NCBI GenBank assembly: GCA_018830485.1
Contig: JAHJRQ010000002.1
Coordinates: forward strand, 13,211-77,210
DNA length: 64,000 bases
From: Pseudomonadota bacterium
GTDB taxonomy: Bacteria; Desulfobacterota; Desulfobulbia; Desulfobulbales; Desulfurivibrionaceae
Direction of reading: 5' to 3'
The notes under the pieces were generated by a model. The model searched no databases and was not told the DNA's origin. It saw only the letters and a list, made by a program, of their open reading frames with translations. Below, one piece after another: positions 1-11,006 of this stretch (positions are counted from its first letter, which is position 1; each line of letters opens with the position of its first letter). The translations under genes were made by a program, and so were the position numbers.

Positions 1-246
1 GTGGGCGATGCCCTGGAGGTGAAGATCGACAGCGTGGACACCGAGAAAAAACGGTTATCCCTCTCTCTGCCCCTGCCTGCCAAGGCTGAGGGAACTGAGG
101 CCGGCAAGCCGGGCGGCAAAAAGGACAAAGCAACGGGCGAGGGCGAAAACCGGGACGATTTCCGTCAGTACATCGCGGAAAAGAAGAAGGACGCCAAGCC
201 CATGGGCACCTTTGCCGATCTGTTCGGCAAAGGGCAGGCAAAATAG
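1..246 (+). CDS. rpsA: C-terminal end of an S1-domain protein, most likely 30S ribosomal protein S1 (5' part lies outside the window)
   Basis: The ORF runs from the window edge. GDALEVKIDSVDTEKKRLSLSL is the typical end of an S1 OB-fold repeat, followed by a K/E/G-rich tail. Confidence 0.55.
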   Translation: MGDALEVKIDSVDTEKKRLSLSLPLPAKAEGTEAGKPGGKKDKATGEGENRDDFRQYIAEKKKDAKPMGTFADLFGKGQAK

Positions 247-325
247 ATCGGGGTGCGGTTTTGGCAAGAGCCAATGTGTGGCATTGACCTCTGCAATCCG
301 CAGGCGAAATTGTAGAGCCACCGCC

Positions 326-1072
326 TTACTGCCGCTGGCGGACGACCTCGAACAGGATGACCCCAGCGGCCACCGAGGCGTTGAGGGAGTTGAGGCTGCC
401 GGCCATGGGGATGGAGACCAGCTCGTCGCACTGCTCGCGAACCAGGGGGCGCATGCCCTTGTCCTCGCCGCCGATCACCAGGCAGACGGGGCCTGAGAAT
501 CTGGTTTCGTACACGGTGCGTTTGGCCTCGCCCGCCGCTCCATATACCCAAAAACTTTTTTCCTTAACGGCTTGCAGGCTGGTGACCAGATTGGTGACCA
601 GGCAGAGCTTGAGATGGGCCATGGCCCCGGCTGCGGATTTGGCCGCGGTGGCGTTGAGCGGGGCCGAACGGTCCTTGGGCAGGATGATGCCGGTTGCCCC
701 GGCTGCGGCGGCAGTGCGGATGATGGCCCCGAGATTGTGCGGGTCTTGGATGGAGTCCAGCGCCACGATGAGGGGCTGCTCCGATTCACCGGCTTTTTTC
801 AGCAGTTCGTGCAGGCTGCAGGTGGCGATGGGCGCTATCTTTGCCAGCACCCCCTGGTGGGTCTTGTCCGGGGAGCTGGGGAAGCGCTGGCTTGGCAGGA
901 AGCGGACCTTGACCCCCTGTTCCTGGGCCAGGGCGATGATCTCCTGAATCTTAGGGCCGCCCTTGCCCTGCTGGATCACGACCTCCCGCACCTTTTTGGG
1001 CTGGAGCCGCAGCATCTCAAGGATGGGATGGATGCCCCAGAGGATGTCGTCGTTGTCCGACTGGTTGTTCAT
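326..1072 (-). CDS. rlmB: TrmH/SpoU-family 23S rRNA 2'-O-methyltransferase (RlmB-like)
   Basis: 248 aa. N-terminal L30e-like substrate-binding region (GIHPILEML...VREV) and C-terminal SpoU motifs (LDSIQDPHNLGAIIRTA, LVIGGEDKGMR, IPMAGSLNSLNASVAAGVILFE). Confidence 0.85.
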   Translation of the reverse strand: MNNQSDNDDILWGIHPILEMLRLQPKKVREVVIQQGKGGPKIQEIIALAQEQGVKVRFLPSQRFPSSPDKTHQGVLAKIAPIATCSLHELLKKAGESEQPLIVALDSIQDPHNLGAIIRTAAAAGATGIILPKDRSAPLNATAAKSAAGAMAHLKLCLVTNLVTSLQAVKEKSFWVYGAAGEAKRTVYETRFSGPVCLVIGGEDKGMRPLVREQCDELVSIPMAGSLNSLNASVAAGVILFEVVRQRQ

Positions 1073-1095
1073 GGGGCCTCCTGGGATGTTCGGGG

Positions 1096-1722
1096 TTATT
1101 GTGGGGCAAAGCCCAAGGCAACGAGGTCGATGGGCCGGCCGTTCGGGCTGCGCCTTGCCTTGCAGCGTTCTGCGATGACCACGGCGCGCAGAACCTCCAC
1201 CGCCTCATCCAATTGGTCGTTGATCACCAGATAGTCGTAGCGACCGGCATCCTCCATCTCGCGGCGGGCATTGCTCAACCGCAGCTGCACGGTTTCCTCG
1301 GGATCGGTGCCCCTCCCCCGCAACCGTTTTTCCAGCTCGACCAAGGAGGGCGGCGCGATGAAGAGGAAGACGACTCCTGGGAGCCGCTGTTCCTGGAGTT
1401 GGTGTGCGCCCTGGACATCAATGTCGAGAAACACGTCAAGCCCTTGCGCCTGCTGGGTCTCGATGTCCGCCCGGCTGGTGCCGTAGAAATTGCCGTGTAC
1501 CTCGGCCCATTCGAGGAATGCCTGTTCTTCGCGCATCCCTTCAAAGGTGGCCCGATCGACAAAATGGTACTCCCGGCCGTTGCTCTCTCCGGGCCGCGGC
1601 GCCCGGGTGGTGTGCGACACGGAAAAGGCCAGGTTGTCCACCGCTGCCAGCAATTTTTTCAGGATGGTGGACTTGCCCGCCCCGGAGGGCGCGGAGATGA
1701 TAAAGAGATTGCCCCGGCTCAT
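1096..1722 (-). CDS. gmk: guanylate kinase
   Basis: 208 aa. P-loop [11 protein letters not shown], then [16 protein letters not shown] and the [15 protein letters not shown] motifs typical of Gmk. Confidence 0.95.
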   Translation of the reverse strand: MSRGNLFIISAPSGAGKSTILKKLLAAVDNLAFSVSHTTRAPRPGESNGREYHFVDRATFEGMREEQAFLEWAEVHGNFYGTSRADIETQQAQGLDVFLDIDVQGAHQLQEQRLPGVVFLFIAPPSLVELEKRLRGRGTDPEETVQLRLSNARREMEDAGRYDYLVINDQLDEAVEVLRAVVIAERCKARRSPNGRPIDLVALGFAPQ

Positions 1723-2006
1723 TTGTCGGCCTTTTCCGGCTGCTCTTCATCGCGCCGGTCGTAGGAGGCCATGAAGCGCAGGGTGATGGTTTCCGGCTGC
1801 ACCGAGGAGAGCAAGACATGGTTGCTGTCCAGGATGATGATGGAGCGGGTCCGGCGGCCTTCGGTGACATCGATGAGCCGCCGCTGCTCCTTGGCCTCTT
1901 CCCGCAGCTTCTTCATGGGCGAGGATTTGGGGTTTACCACCGCCAGCACCCTGCTGGCAAGCACGGCGTTGCCGAATCCCACGTTGATCATTCTCTGGTC
2001 TGACAT
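1719..2006 (-). CDS. remA: RemA/DUF370-family regulatory protein
   Basis: 95 aa. INVGFGN...V.P.S.P.K.......LIDVT.GRRTRS.I..DS.H..LS.VQPET closely tracks Bacillus RemA as I recall it. It has a 4-nt overlap with gmk, which is the conserved yicC-remA-gmk neighbourhood. Confidence 0.88.
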   Translation of the reverse strand: MSDQRMINVGFGNAVLASRVLAVVNPKSSPMKKLREEAKEQRRLIDVTEGRRTRSIIILDSNHVLLSSVQPETITLRFMASYDRRDEEQPEKADK

Positions 2007-2014
2007 GCTCTTCC

Positions 2015-2896
2015 CTATTCGATGTTCTGAATCTGTTCGCGGAGTTTTTCCACCTCGGTTTTCAACTCCACGGTGAGGTGGGCGGTGGGGGCGTCACTGA
2101 TCTTCGAGGCCAGGGTGTTGATCTCCCGGAGGAATTCCTGGAGGAGAAAATCAAGCCTGCGGCCCACGGGCTCGTCCGCGGCAAGAAAGCCGGAAAACTG
2201 GCTGATGTGGCTTCTCAGGCGCACCACCTCCTCGGTGACATCACCCTTGTCGGCCATCATCGCCACCTCTTGGGCCAAGCGGAGGGGGTCGAGGTCAACC
2301 CCTTGCAGGAGAACGGCCAGCCGTTCCTTGAGCTTCTCGGTTCTGCGCTGGACAATACCGGGGACATCCTGGGCAATGGTTTCCACGGTTTTTGCAAATT
2401 CCTGCAAGCGCTGGCTGAGTTCGGCCTTGAGTGCCGCGCCTTCCTGCTCCCGCATACCATGCGCCATGGTCAGCGCCTGGCTCAGGGCCTCGGAGACCTG
2501 CGGCCAGACAGCGTCCAGGTCTTCCTCCTCCTCGTGGGCAACGATGATCTCCTTGTAGTTCTGGATCATGGCCAGGGTCGGGGTGTCGGGCAGCGAGAGA
2601 TCCTGGCGGATCGCCTCCAGGCACTGGTAATAGTTGCGGGCCAGGGGCAGGTTGGGTGCCAACCGGATGTTGTCGCCGGCTTCCACGCCGGGGTTGACGT
2701 AGATATCCACATGGCCCCGGCTGTAGTAATTCCCGATCTCTTTTTTGATCCGCTCTTCCAGGCCGAGATACTTGCGGGGGATCTTAATGCTCAGGTCAAG
2801 GAACTTGTGGTTCACCGAGCGGACTTCCACGGTCCAGTTTTTGGCCCCGGTCGCTTCGCCCCGTCCGTAGCCGGTCATGCTCAACGGTCTTTTCAT
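2015..2896 (-). CDS. yicC: YicC-family stress-induced protein
   Basis: 293 aa. N-terminal [10 protein letters not shown]-terminal DV.EE..RL.SH...F and LDFL.QE..REINT..SK motifs of the YicC N/C domains. Confidence 0.9.
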   Translation of the reverse strand: MKRPLSMTGYGRGEATGAKNWTVEVRSVNHKFLDLSIKIPRKYLGLEERIKKEIGNYYSRGHVDIYVNPGVEAGDNIRLAPNLPLARNYYQCLEAIRQDLSLPDTPTLAMIQNYKEIIVAHEEEEDLDAVWPQVSEALSQALTMAHGMREQEGAALKAELSQRLQEFAKTVETIAQDVPGIVQRRTEKLKERLAVLLQGVDLDPLRLAQEVAMMADKGDVTEEVVRLRSHISQFSGFLAADEPVGRRLDFLLQEFLREINTLASKISDAPTAHLTVELKTEVEKLREQIQNIE

Positions 2897-3882
2897 CCGA
2901 TGGCCTCAAGCAGTTCGGCGGTGGAGGCGGTGGCCGTGCCCACCTTGCCAACGACGATGCCTGCGGCGAAATTGGCGATGGTGGCGGCGTCCGCGGCGGA
3001 AAGACCCACGGCCAAACCCAGGGCCAGGGTGGCGATCACGGTGTCCCCTGCGCCGGTGACATCGTACACCTCCTTGGCCATGGTGGGGATGGTGAACAGG
3101 GGCTGGCCCTTTTCGTACAGGGCCATGCCCGCCTCGCCCCGGGTGATGAGGACCGCGTCGCTGGCCAGTTTTTTCTGCATGAGATGGGCTGCGCTTTCAA
3201 GATCCTTCTCGTTTTTAATGGCCATGTCGGCCATGCGCTCGGCCTCGTGCAGGTTGGGGGTGATGATGGTGGCGCCGCGAAATCGTTCCGGGTGCTGGGG
3301 CTTTGGGTCAATGATCAGCGGGATGTCTCGTTTTTTGAGCCGGCTGCGCAGATGGTCCATCAAGGGCTGGTTGATCATGCCCTTGTTGTAGTCGGAAACG
3401 ATGACCGCGTCAAAGCTCGCCAGGTGGTCGTCGATGAAGCGGCAGATATCCGCCAGCCTCTCGGGGCTTGGCTCACCGGTTTTTTCCCGGTCGAAGCGCA
3501 CCACCTGCTGGTGCTGGGCTACGATCCTGGTTTTGAGGGTGGTGGGGCGGTTTCCGGTGCGGACGATGCCGGTGGCAGGGGAGCCGATCTCGGCCAGCAG
3601 GCCCAGGAGATGGTCGCCCATGGCATCGTTGCCGATCAGGCCGCAGAGGGAGGCGCGGCTGTTCTGGGCGTAGATGTTGTGCAGGACGTTGGCCGCCCCG
3701 CCGAGAAGCAGGTTTTCGTGGGTGACGTCCACCACCGGCACCGGCGCCTCCGGGGAGATCCGGGAAACCGAGCCCCAGATGAAGTGATCGACAATGATGT
3801 CGCCGAGCACCAGGATATTAGCGGAGCTGAATGTGCCGACGGCATCGCGCAGCTGTTTCTTCTTTGTGGTGGACAGGGTCAC
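2893..3882 (-). CDS. hldA: D-glycero-beta-D-manno-heptose-7-phosphate kinase (RfaE domain I only; no adenylyltransferase domain)
   Basis: PfkB ribokinase-fold motifs: ILVLGD.I.D.F..G...RISPEAPVPVV, TPN..EAE and DVTGAGDTVIA. I trimmed the start to GTG at 3882 because the listed 566-aa ORF extension overlaps treY and has no homology signal. 4-nt overlap with yicC. Confidence 0.8.
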   Translation of the reverse strand: MTLSTTKKKQLRDAVGTFSSANILVLGDIIVDHFIWGSVSRISPEAPVPVVDVTHENLLLGGAANVLHNIYAQNSRASLCGLIGNDAMGDHLLGLLAEIGSPATGIVRTGNRPTTLKTRIVAQHQQVVRFDREKTGEPSPERLADICRFIDDHLASFDAVIVSDYNKGMINQPLMDHLRSRLKKRDIPLIIDPKPQHPERFRGATIITPNLHEAERMADMAIKNEKDLESAAHLMQKKLASDAVLITRGEAGMALYEKGQPLFTIPTMAKEVYDVTGAGDTVIATLALGLAVGLSAADAATIANFAAGIVVGKVGTATASTAELLEAIG

Positions 3883-3966
3883 GGACCGGCTCCCGGGGTC
3901 AGGTTGTACAAGAAGGCCCGGTTGCCCGGACAAGGCGCAACCAGCCGTAAGGATACGAAAAAGGCA

Positions 3967-3995
3967 ATTATAGACTTCTTGGGAAGCTTGGGCAA
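3967..3995 (-). promoter_or_regulatory. sigma-70-like promoter for hldA (TTGCCC-N17-TATAAT on the minus strand)
   Basis: The reverse complement reads TTGCCCaagcttcccaagaagtcTATAAT, about 85 nt upstream of the GTG start, in the only sizeable gap between treY and hldA. Confidence 0.4.
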
Positions 3996-4060
3996 GCAAA
4001 GAAATGCGCTGAAACCCCGCAAAGTATAGTTGCGCGGGCGGCTTGATCCGGAGAGCCCTG

Positions 4061-6973
4061 TCAATGGCTCTTGTAGAGCAGGGCCAAGGGGAAGAAGCGC
4101 AGCACATCGGAGACCGGCAGAACATCCTGGCTGCCCTGGCGGATGGGGTGGTGCATCTCCCCGGTGAAAATGTCGCGGTAGCTTTCGGCCGCAGCCTTGT
4201 CCGGCAGGGAGATGCAGGTTTGTCCCCACACCGTCTCGGCAACATCCGAGTAAGGTGCATCGTGGCCGGAGAGGAGCGAGGCAAAAAAACGGGGCGCCAC
4301 GGCAATGAGCTGTTCTTCCGCCAGGGAACGGGCCAGCACGCACAGATGGCGCCCGGCTTCGCCGTGGACAGCGAGCCCTTCGTAAGCGCCTTCGGCAAAG
4401 AGGGCGGGGTGCTTGCGGCGAAAATGCAGAGTACGGCTGGTGACAAAGAGCTTGGCCCGCCCATCCGCCAGAGTCGCCAGCAGGGAGGCCAGCGCCGGTC
4501 CTGACAGGGGTTCCTCCGCAAAGATGCCCGCCAGGTCGCCGAGCAGATGCTGGGCCTGGAGGAAATCCACGGGGTGCCGGTTGTCCGGATCAACCAGGCT
4601 GAAATCCCAGAGCTCGTTGCCCTGATAGATATCCGGCACCCCGGGGGATGTCAGCTTGAGGAGCAGTTGGGACAGGGAATTGAGCAGGCCGAAGCGGCTG
4701 ATTCCTTCGCAAAACTCCGAAAAATCGGCAAGAAAGAGGTTGTCCCGGCCCGGACGCAACACGCTCGTGACAAACGAGGCAAGGGCCTCCTCGTAGTCGG
4801 GATCGGGATTGAGCCAGGAGGAATGTTCCTTGGCCTCCCGCACCGCCTTGAGCATATAGGCGGTGATCCGCTCCCGATACCGGGCCAGTTCCTGTTCCGC
4901 CGGATGCGGGATGGGCCAGGTGCCCAGCAGGGTCTGGTAGAGATGGTATTCCTCGTTGCGGCTTGGCGCCGCATGCCCGCGCAGGCGCCGGGCATGGCGG
5001 CGGTTGTGCCGTTGCCAGCGCCTGACCCGCTGTTTCCAGAGGTCGGGAATTTCACTGAGAAGGTTGATGCGGGCGCGGACATCCTCGCTGCGTTTGCTGT
5101 CATGGGTCGAGGTGGCGAGCATGGCCCGGGGCCAGTGTTGCCGCCGGGCCTGGTTGGCCTGGTGAAAGGCTGTTCTGGACACGCTGAAGCGCCGCGGGTC
5201 GCCCCCCACCTCATTCAAGGAGAGCAGACGGCAATCCCGGTAGAAAAGTGTGTCCTCCTGAGCCTTGGCCATGACCGGCGCCGTGTACTGTTGAAATTTC
5301 ATGGCGAAGCGGGCCATCTTGCTCCGCATGCCCCGCCGGTTGCTGAAGATCCTTGCCAGCAGGAGGCAGTCGCGGACAAAATCGAAGATGGCCGGGTCGG
5401 TCATGGGATTGCGCTGCTTGGCGTCGGCCACGGCCCAGTCCACATAGCGGCGGTCTTCCTCGCTCACTTTTGCCGGGGTCACATAGGTTCGATATACCGG
5501 AAAGCAGGCCACCACCTCGGTGAGCGCTTCCCTGAGGCCGGTGAGGGTGAAATCGCGGCTCTGGAAATCCTGCTCGGCGATCTGGCGCAAGAGGTTGGCC
5601 AGCACCGCCAGTTCTCCGGCAAGCTGCGCCTTGATGATCAGTCGTTTTGCCGCATAGAGATTCTCTTCATATGCGCTGTCCCGGCCGGTGCAGAGCTGGT
5701 AGGCGCGGGTGAGGGGCTTTTCCCCTTCCGGGCTTACGAACAGGCCATTGAGCAGGCTGGCGAAGTCGTAGCCCGTGGTGCCGTGGATTGGCCACTCCTT
5801 GGGCAAGCCTTCATAAATGGCGAGGATCTTTTCCGCCACCAGATAAAAGGAGGGGAGCAGGCTGCCTTGCGTCACGGCCTGCGGCAGGCGGCGCCGGATT
5901 TCGGCGCTCAGCCGGTCATAATAAGCCTGGGGATTGAAGAGGCCGTCCGGATGGTCGATGCGCAGGCCCTGAAGGAATCCCTGCTCGACGAGGGAGAAGA
6001 GGAAGCGGTGGGTTGCGGCAAAGACCTCGGCCTCCTCCTGGCGAAGGCCGGCCAGGGTGTTGATGTTGAAAAAACGGCGGTAGTTGATCTCGTCCGTTGC
6101 CACCTTCCAGAAGGCGAGCCGGTAAGGCTGCTTTTCCAGGAGACGGTGCAGCAGGGCATATTTTTCTCCGGAATCTTTGGGAGCATTGAAGAGAGCCAGG
6201 CTGAAGGCCAGGGCCTCCTGGATGGTTTTTTCCCGGGCGAGCAGGGCAAGCTCCCCTTTGCCCGCGGCCTGCCGCTCCCGCCGTTCAGCCCGACGGCGCC
6301 GGCTTGCCGTCTGCCGGCCCGGCAGATGCCGGCAGACGGCAAGCAGTTGCTGCAAGCGGGCAAGAATCTCCGTCCCAGCATCATGGTGTTGCTTGAGAAA
6401 GGAAAGGGCCGGGCCGAGGATCTGGGGATAGGTTTTCGGATCAATGGGCAGCCGGTGCCCATAGTAATGCGCGGCAAACTCTCCCTGTTCCGCGGCAAAG
6501 GCGAGTTCGATTTCTCCGCGGCTTAGAATATTGCCATAATAATCGCCAAGAATGGGCAGCAGCACCTTGCCGGAAAAAATCCGGGCAGCCTGCGGGTGCC
6601 AATCGATATCGAAATAGGCGGCATACGGCGAAGCCGGGCCGTTTTCGAGAACATCGAGCCACCAGCCGTTGTCGCTGCCGCCGATCCCCATGTGGTTGGG
6701 CACGAAGTCGAGAATGAGCCCCATGTCGTGGGCGTGCAGGGTTTCCACAAAACTCCGGAATTCCTCCGCAGTGCCCAGCTCCGGGTTGAGGGCGTTGTGA
6801 TCGACGATGTCATAGCAGTGGCTGCTGCCGCTGCGGGCCTTGAGCAGCAGGGAGGCATAACAGTGGCTGATCCCCAAGGCATGCAAATAGGGGACGATGC
6901 GCTCGGCATCGGCAAAGGTGAACCCGCTGTTGAACTGGAGGCGGTAGGTGGCCAGGGGAAGGGGCGGGATCAT
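4061..6973 (-). CDS. treY: malto-oligosyltrehalose synthase
   Basis: 970 aa. N-terminus ATYRLQFN..FTF.DA..IVPYL..LGISH.Y.S..L.A..GS.H.YD..DH...NPELG is the TreY signature, and the size fits. Confidence 0.9.
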   Translation of the reverse strand: MIPPLPLATYRLQFNSGFTFADAERIVPYLHALGISHCYASLLLKARSGSSHCYDIVDHNALNPELGTAEEFRSFVETLHAHDMGLILDFVPNHMGIGGSDNGWWLDVLENGPASPYAAYFDIDWHPQAARIFSGKVLLPILGDYYGNILSRGEIELAFAAEQGEFAAHYYGHRLPIDPKTYPQILGPALSFLKQHHDAGTEILARLQQLLAVCRHLPGRQTASRRRRAERRERQAAGKGELALLAREKTIQEALAFSLALFNAPKDSGEKYALLHRLLEKQPYRLAFWKVATDEINYRRFFNINTLAGLRQEEAEVFAATHRFLFSLVEQGFLQGLRIDHPDGLFNPQAYYDRLSAEIRRRLPQAVTQGSLLPSFYLVAEKILAIYEGLPKEWPIHGTTGYDFASLLNGLFVSPEGEKPLTRAYQLCTGRDSAYEENLYAAKRLIIKAQLAGELAVLANLLRQIAEQDFQSRDFTLTGLREALTEVVACFPVYRTYVTPAKVSEEDRRYVDWAVADAKQRNPMTDPAIFDFVRDCLLLARIFSNRRGMRSKMARFAMKFQQYTAPVMAKAQEDTLFYRDCRLLSLNEVGGDPRRFSVSRTAFHQANQARRQHWPRAMLATSTHDSKRSEDVRARINLLSEIPDLWKQRVRRWQRHNRRHARRLRGHAAPSRNEEYHLYQTLLGTWPIPHPAEQELARYRERITAYMLKAVREAKEHSSWLNPDPDYEEALASFVTSVLRPGRDNLFLADFSEFCEGISRFGLLNSLSQLLLKLTSPGVPDIYQGNELWDFSLVDPDNRHPVDFLQAQHLLGDLAGIFAEEPLSGPALASLLATLADGRAKLFVTSRTLHFRRKHPALFAEGAYEGLAVHGEAGRHLCVLARSLAEEQLIAVAPRFFASLLSGHDAPYSDVAETVWGQTCISLPDKAAAESYRDIFTGEMHHPIRQGSQDVLPVSDVLRFFPLALLYKSH

Positions 6974-8832
6974 GGCCGGAGTCCTTTCGTCCGGGCCGGA
7001 GCAAGAAACCAGAAGACCGACCAGGGCGGCAGCGCGGTTTCCTGCTCGTTTTCCGGCAAGTCATGGCTGGCAAAGAGCGGCGGCAGCTCAGGGAGTCTGA
7101 GCGCTGCATCCGGCCGCGGGCCGAGATTAGCAAAGAGCAGCAGGCTCTCTCCGGTTTGCAGGGGCCAATGCACCGAAAGGCCGGCTTGTCCGAGGGGGTG
7201 CCAGAGATTTTTTCCGGGTTGCAGCGCCGGAATCCTGGGGATGATCTCCCTGTGGCGGAGACGGAGGAGTTGGCGATAATAGCCATGCCAGGCGGCGCCT
7301 TCGCTCGTGTCGAGCCCCCGCCAGTCGAGTCTGGCCGAGAGGACGGTCTCCGCCGCAGCCGGGTCCGGGATGCGGGCGCGGTTTTCCGGGGTGCTGAATT
7401 CCGGGAATCCGGCAAACTCCCGGCGCCTGCCTTCGGCAACCTGTGCGGCAAGGTCCGGGGAAAAATCGCAGAAAAAAGGGAAAGGCTGCCGGCTGCCCCA
7501 TTCCTCGCCCATGAAGAGCAGGGGCGGCGAGGGCGCCAGCAGGAGCAGGGCCAGGGCGCTTCGCAACGCTTCCGGATCGGCGAGCAGGCTGAGGCGCTCG
7601 CCCAGGGCGCGGTTGCCGACCTGATCGTGGTTTTGCAGAAAACCGATAAAGGCGGCGGCGGGCAGTGTGCGGCTTGGCTCGCCCCGGGGAGCGTTGTCCC
7701 GCCAGGGGGAGGCTTCGCCCTGATAGGCAAACCCCTCTGCCAGGCAGCGGGCTAAATGGCGGTTCGGCGCTTCGGCATAGTCACGGTAATAGCCGTGTTT
7801 TTCGCCGGTGAGGAGAACATGCAGGGAATGGTGCAGATCATCGTTCCATTGCGCCGTATAGCAGCGCGGGCTGCCGGAGCTGTCCCGTTCAAGATAGCGG
7901 CTCTGGTTGCGGTCGTTTTCCAGAATCAGGTGAATGTGGCGTTGCGGCGGGAAATGGGTTCGTACCGCCAAGGCTATTTCCTCTAGGATATCCGGCCTGT
8001 TTCGGTCGTGGATGGCGTGCACCGCATCGAGGCGCAGACCGTCGAAATGGTACTCGTTGAGCCAGTAGAGGGCGTTTTCGATAAAAAACCGGCGAACCCA
8101 GTAATTTTCGGGGCCGTCGAAGTTGATGGCCTCCCCCCAGGGGGTCTGGTAGCGATCGGTGAAAAACTGCGGGGCATAGCCATGCAGATAATTGCCCTCC
8201 GGACCGAAGTGGTTGTAGACCACATCGAGCAACACCATGAGGCCTCTGGCATGCGCCGCGGCAACCAGGCTTTTGAGATCCTCCGGCCGGCCGTAGCTTG
8301 CGGCGGGAGCAAAGGGGAGGACGCCGTCGTAGCCCCAGTCGCAACGGCCGGGAAAGGCGGCCACCGGCATCAGTTCGATAGCGGTGATCCCCAGTTCGGC
8401 CAGATGATCGAGGCGCTGTTCCACCTCGGCAAAGGTGCCTTGCGCGCTGAAACTGCCCACGTGCAGTTCGTAGAGCACCGCCTCCTCCCAGGGCCGGCCT
8501 GGCCAGGCGGGTTCAGGCCAGGGGAAATCGGCCGGGGCGATCACCTCGCTCGGCCCGTGCACGCCTTCGGGCTGAAAGCGGGAAGCCGGGTCAGGTACCA
8601 GCCGGCCGGAGGCGAGCTGAAAGCTGTAGCGGCTGCCTTGTCCGGCATCCGCCGTTTGCCGCTCAAACCAGCCCGATTCCAGGCGGAGCATGGGAAGAAA
8701 TTTCTTTTTCCCCCGGCAGTCAAGACAGAGGGAAATCTTTTCGCTTTCCGGGGCCCAGAGGCGGAAGCGCACCGCGCCGGAAGGCAGGAGCGCAGCCCCG
8801 AATGCCATCCGGTGCTCACGGCGTCTGGTCAT
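6970..8832 (-). CDS. treZ: malto-oligosyltrehalose trehalohydrolase
   Basis: GH13 motifs ([47 protein letters not shown]) behind an N-terminal E-set domain. An alternative start MAFGA at 8808 would remove the overlap with glgX. Confidence 0.9.
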   Translation of the reverse strand: MTRRREHRMAFGAALLPSGAVRFRLWAPESEKISLCLDCRGKKKFLPMLRLESGWFERQTADAGQGSRYSFQLASGRLVPDPASRFQPEGVHGPSEVIAPADFPWPEPAWPGRPWEEAVLYELHVGSFSAQGTFAEVEQRLDHLAELGITAIELMPVAAFPGRCDWGYDGVLPFAPAASYGRPEDLKSLVAAAHARGLMVLLDVVYNHFGPEGNYLHGYAPQFFTDRYQTPWGEAINFDGPENYWVRRFFIENALYWLNEYHFDGLRLDAVHAIHDRNRPDILEEIALAVRTHFPPQRHIHLILENDRNQSRYLERDSSGSPRCYTAQWNDDLHHSLHVLLTGEKHGYYRDYAEAPNRHLARCLAEGFAYQGEASPWRDNAPRGEPSRTLPAAAFIGFLQNHDQVGNRALGERLSLLADPEALRSALALLLLAPSPPLLFMGEEWGSRQPFPFFCDFSPDLAAQVAEGRRREFAGFPEFSTPENRARIPDPAAAETVLSARLDWRGLDTSEGAAWHGYYRQLLRLRHREIIPRIPALQPGKNLWHPLGQAGLSVHWPLQTGESLLLFANLGPRPDAALRLPELPPLFASHDLPENEQETALPPWSVFWFLAPARTKGLRP

Positions 8833-10975
8833 GGCGATCCGTTTCCCGCCCCCCGGACTCCATCAGGAGAGCCAGGCTGCGGCCGAGCAGCGGGTAGCGG
8901 TCTTTGGCAGTCCAGAGCCGCTTTTCTCCGGGGCTGCCGTCCGAGCTTCCGGTGTCCAGCCGGACTCGCCAGCGGGTTACTGGAGCCAGGTCCGGGATGG
9001 TAAAGGGGATGGTTTCGTGATGGGCGTTCACCAGCAGGAGAAACCTGTTGTCCATGATGGGGTTGCCTTTGTCGTCCTCTTCTTCCAGACGGTCGCCGGC
9101 CAGGAAGAGCCCCAGGCAACGGGCAAAGGCATGTTGCCATTCCTCGTCGGTCATTTCCGTACCCGCCGGAGTCAACCAGATGATATCCCTGACACCGCCG
9201 CCTGTGATCAGGCGGCTTTGGAAAAAGTGGCGGCGATGGAAGACGGGATGCTTCTTGCGCAGGGCGATCAGAAAACGAACGAAATTCATCTGCTCATCCT
9301 GTTCGGCTGCCAGGGTCCAGTCCAGCCAGCTTAAGGGGTTGTCCTGGCAATAGGTGTTGTTGTTGCCCTGCTGGCTTCTGCCCATCTCGTCTCCGGCAAG
9401 GAGCATGGGCACCCCCTGGGAGAGGAAGAGGCTGGCGAGGAAGTTGCGTTTCTGGCGAGCCCGCAGCGCCTTGATCTGCGGGTCGGCGCTTGGCCCTTCG
9501 GCGCCGCAGTTCCAGCTGTGGTTGTTTGTCTCGCCGTCCCGGTTTTCTTCGAAATTCGCTTCGTTGTGTTTCTGGTTGTAGCTGACCAGATCGTGCAGGG
9601 TGAAGCCGTCATGGCAGGTGACGAAGTTGATGCTGGCATAGGGGCGCCTGCCCCCATGTTCGTAGAGATCGCTGGAGCCGGTGAGCCGGTAGGCCAACTC
9701 GCCGATCTTGCCGCCTTCCCCTTTCCAATAGGCGCGCACCGTATCCCGGTATTTGGCGTTCCATTCTGTCCAGCCCGGGGGGAAGTTGCCCACCTGATAG
9801 CCGCCTTCCCCGAGATCCCAAGGCTCGGCGATCAGCTTGACCTGGGAAAGCACCGGATCCTGGTGGATGATATCGAAAAAAGCCCCCAGCCGGTCCACCT
9901 CGTACAGCTCCCTGGCCAGAGCCGAGGCCAGATCGAAGCGGAAGCCGTCCACGTGCATCTCCAGGACCCAGTAGCGCAGGCTGTCCATGATCAGTTGCAG
10001 CACCCGGGGGTGGAGCATGTTCAGGGTGTTGCCGCAGCCGGTAAAATCCATATAGTGGCGCTGGTTCTCGGGCTCCAGGCGGTAATAGGCAAGGTTGTCG
10101 ATGCCTCGGAAGCAGAGGGTCGGACCCAGCTGATTGCCTTCGGCGGTATGATTGTAAACCACGTCGAGAATGACCTCGATGCCCGCCGAGTGCAGGGTTT
10201 TCACCATGGTTTTGAATTCGCTGATCTGACCGTAGGCTGAATAGCGGCTGTCCGGGACAAAGAAGCCGATGGAGTTGTAGCCCCAATAATTGCCGAGCCC
10301 TTTTTCCACCAGATGACGTTCATCGACAAAGGCATGCACCGGCATCAGTTCCACCGCCGTAATGCCCAGCCGTTTGAGGTGATCGATTGCCGGCGCCGAG
10401 GAGAGTCCGGCGTAAGTGCCGCGCAACTCCTTGGGGATCCGGGGGTGGAGGCAGGTAAAGCCTTTGAGGTGCAGTTCGTAGATGATGGTATTGTGCCAGG
10501 AGGTGTGGGGCGGCCGGTCATCGCCCCAGGTGAAGGCCGGATCGATCACCTGGCATTTGGGCATGAACGAGGCGCTGCTGCGCCGGTCGCAGGAAAGATC
10601 GGCCAGAGGGCTGCCGATCCGGTAGCCGAACAAGGCGTCATGCCAGCGGAGCTTGCCGGCTATCGCTTTGGCATACGGATCAAGGAGCAGCTTGGCCGGG
10701 TTGAAGCGCAATCCCCGTTTCGGGGCATAAATGCCATGGACCCGGTAGCCGTAAAGAAGGCCGGGCCGCGCTTCGGGCAGGTAACAGTGCCACACCTGGT
10801 CGGTTTGCCAGGCCAGGTTGATGCGCTCGACTTCCGTCCGGCCACGTCGATCAAAAAGGCAGAGCTCCACCCGGTCGGCATGTTCGGAAAAAATGGCGAA
10901 GTTTACTCCCTCGCCGTCCCAAGTGGCGCCGAGCGGGTATGGATTGCCTGGCCAGACCGCCATTTTTCGATGCAT
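8816..10975 (-). CDS. glgX: glycogen debranching enzyme (GlgX/TreX)
   Basis: 719 aa. [25 protein letters not shown] start, then GH13 motifs ([41 protein letters not shown]). Confidence 0.9.
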   Translation of the reverse strand: MHRKMAVWPGNPYPLGATWDGEGVNFAIFSEHADRVELCLFDRRGRTEVERINLAWQTDQVWHCYLPEARPGLLYGYRVHGIYAPKRGLRFNPAKLLLDPYAKAIAGKLRWHDALFGYRIGSPLADLSCDRRSSASFMPKCQVIDPAFTWGDDRPPHTSWHNTIIYELHLKGFTCLHPRIPKELRGTYAGLSSAPAIDHLKRLGITAVELMPVHAFVDERHLVEKGLGNYWGYNSIGFFVPDSRYSAYGQISEFKTMVKTLHSAGIEVILDVVYNHTAEGNQLGPTLCFRGIDNLAYYRLEPENQRHYMDFTGCGNTLNMLHPRVLQLIMDSLRYWVLEMHVDGFRFDLASALARELYEVDRLGAFFDIIHQDPVLSQVKLIAEPWDLGEGGYQVGNFPPGWTEWNAKYRDTVRAYWKGEGGKIGELAYRLTGSSDLYEHGGRRPYASINFVTCHDGFTLHDLVSYNQKHNEANFEENRDGETNNHSWNCGAEGPSADPQIKALRARQKRNFLASLFLSQGVPMLLAGDEMGRSQQGNNNTYCQDNPLSWLDWTLAAEQDEQMNFVRFLIALRKKHPVFHRRHFFQSRLITGGGVRDIIWLTPAGTEMTDEEWQHAFARCLGLFLAGDRLEEEDDKGNPIMDNRFLLLVNAHHETIPFTIPDLAPVTRWRVRLDTGSSDGSPGEKRLWTAKDRYPLLGRSLALLMESGGRETDRHDQTP

Positions 10976-11006
10976 ATGGTCCCCTCGCCGTTGTTGTCGC
11001 GGCGGC

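Noticed and set aside
2078-3391. 437-aa plus-strand ORF
   Set aside because: It is antisense to yicC and hldA, and is a shadow ORF.
3883-4593. N-terminal 236-aa extension of the heptose kinase ORF (listed as 2893..4593)
   Set aside because: The extension overlaps the 3' end of treY in another frame. It is Pro/Arg/Cys-rich and adds nothing homologous to RfaE. A GTG at 3882 gives a normal 329-aa kinase with a promoter-like element upstream.
4547-6526. 659-aa plus-strand ORF
   Set aside because: It is antisense to treY. The translation is low-complexity and G/A/R/P-rich, and no start context exists. It is a GC-driven artefact.
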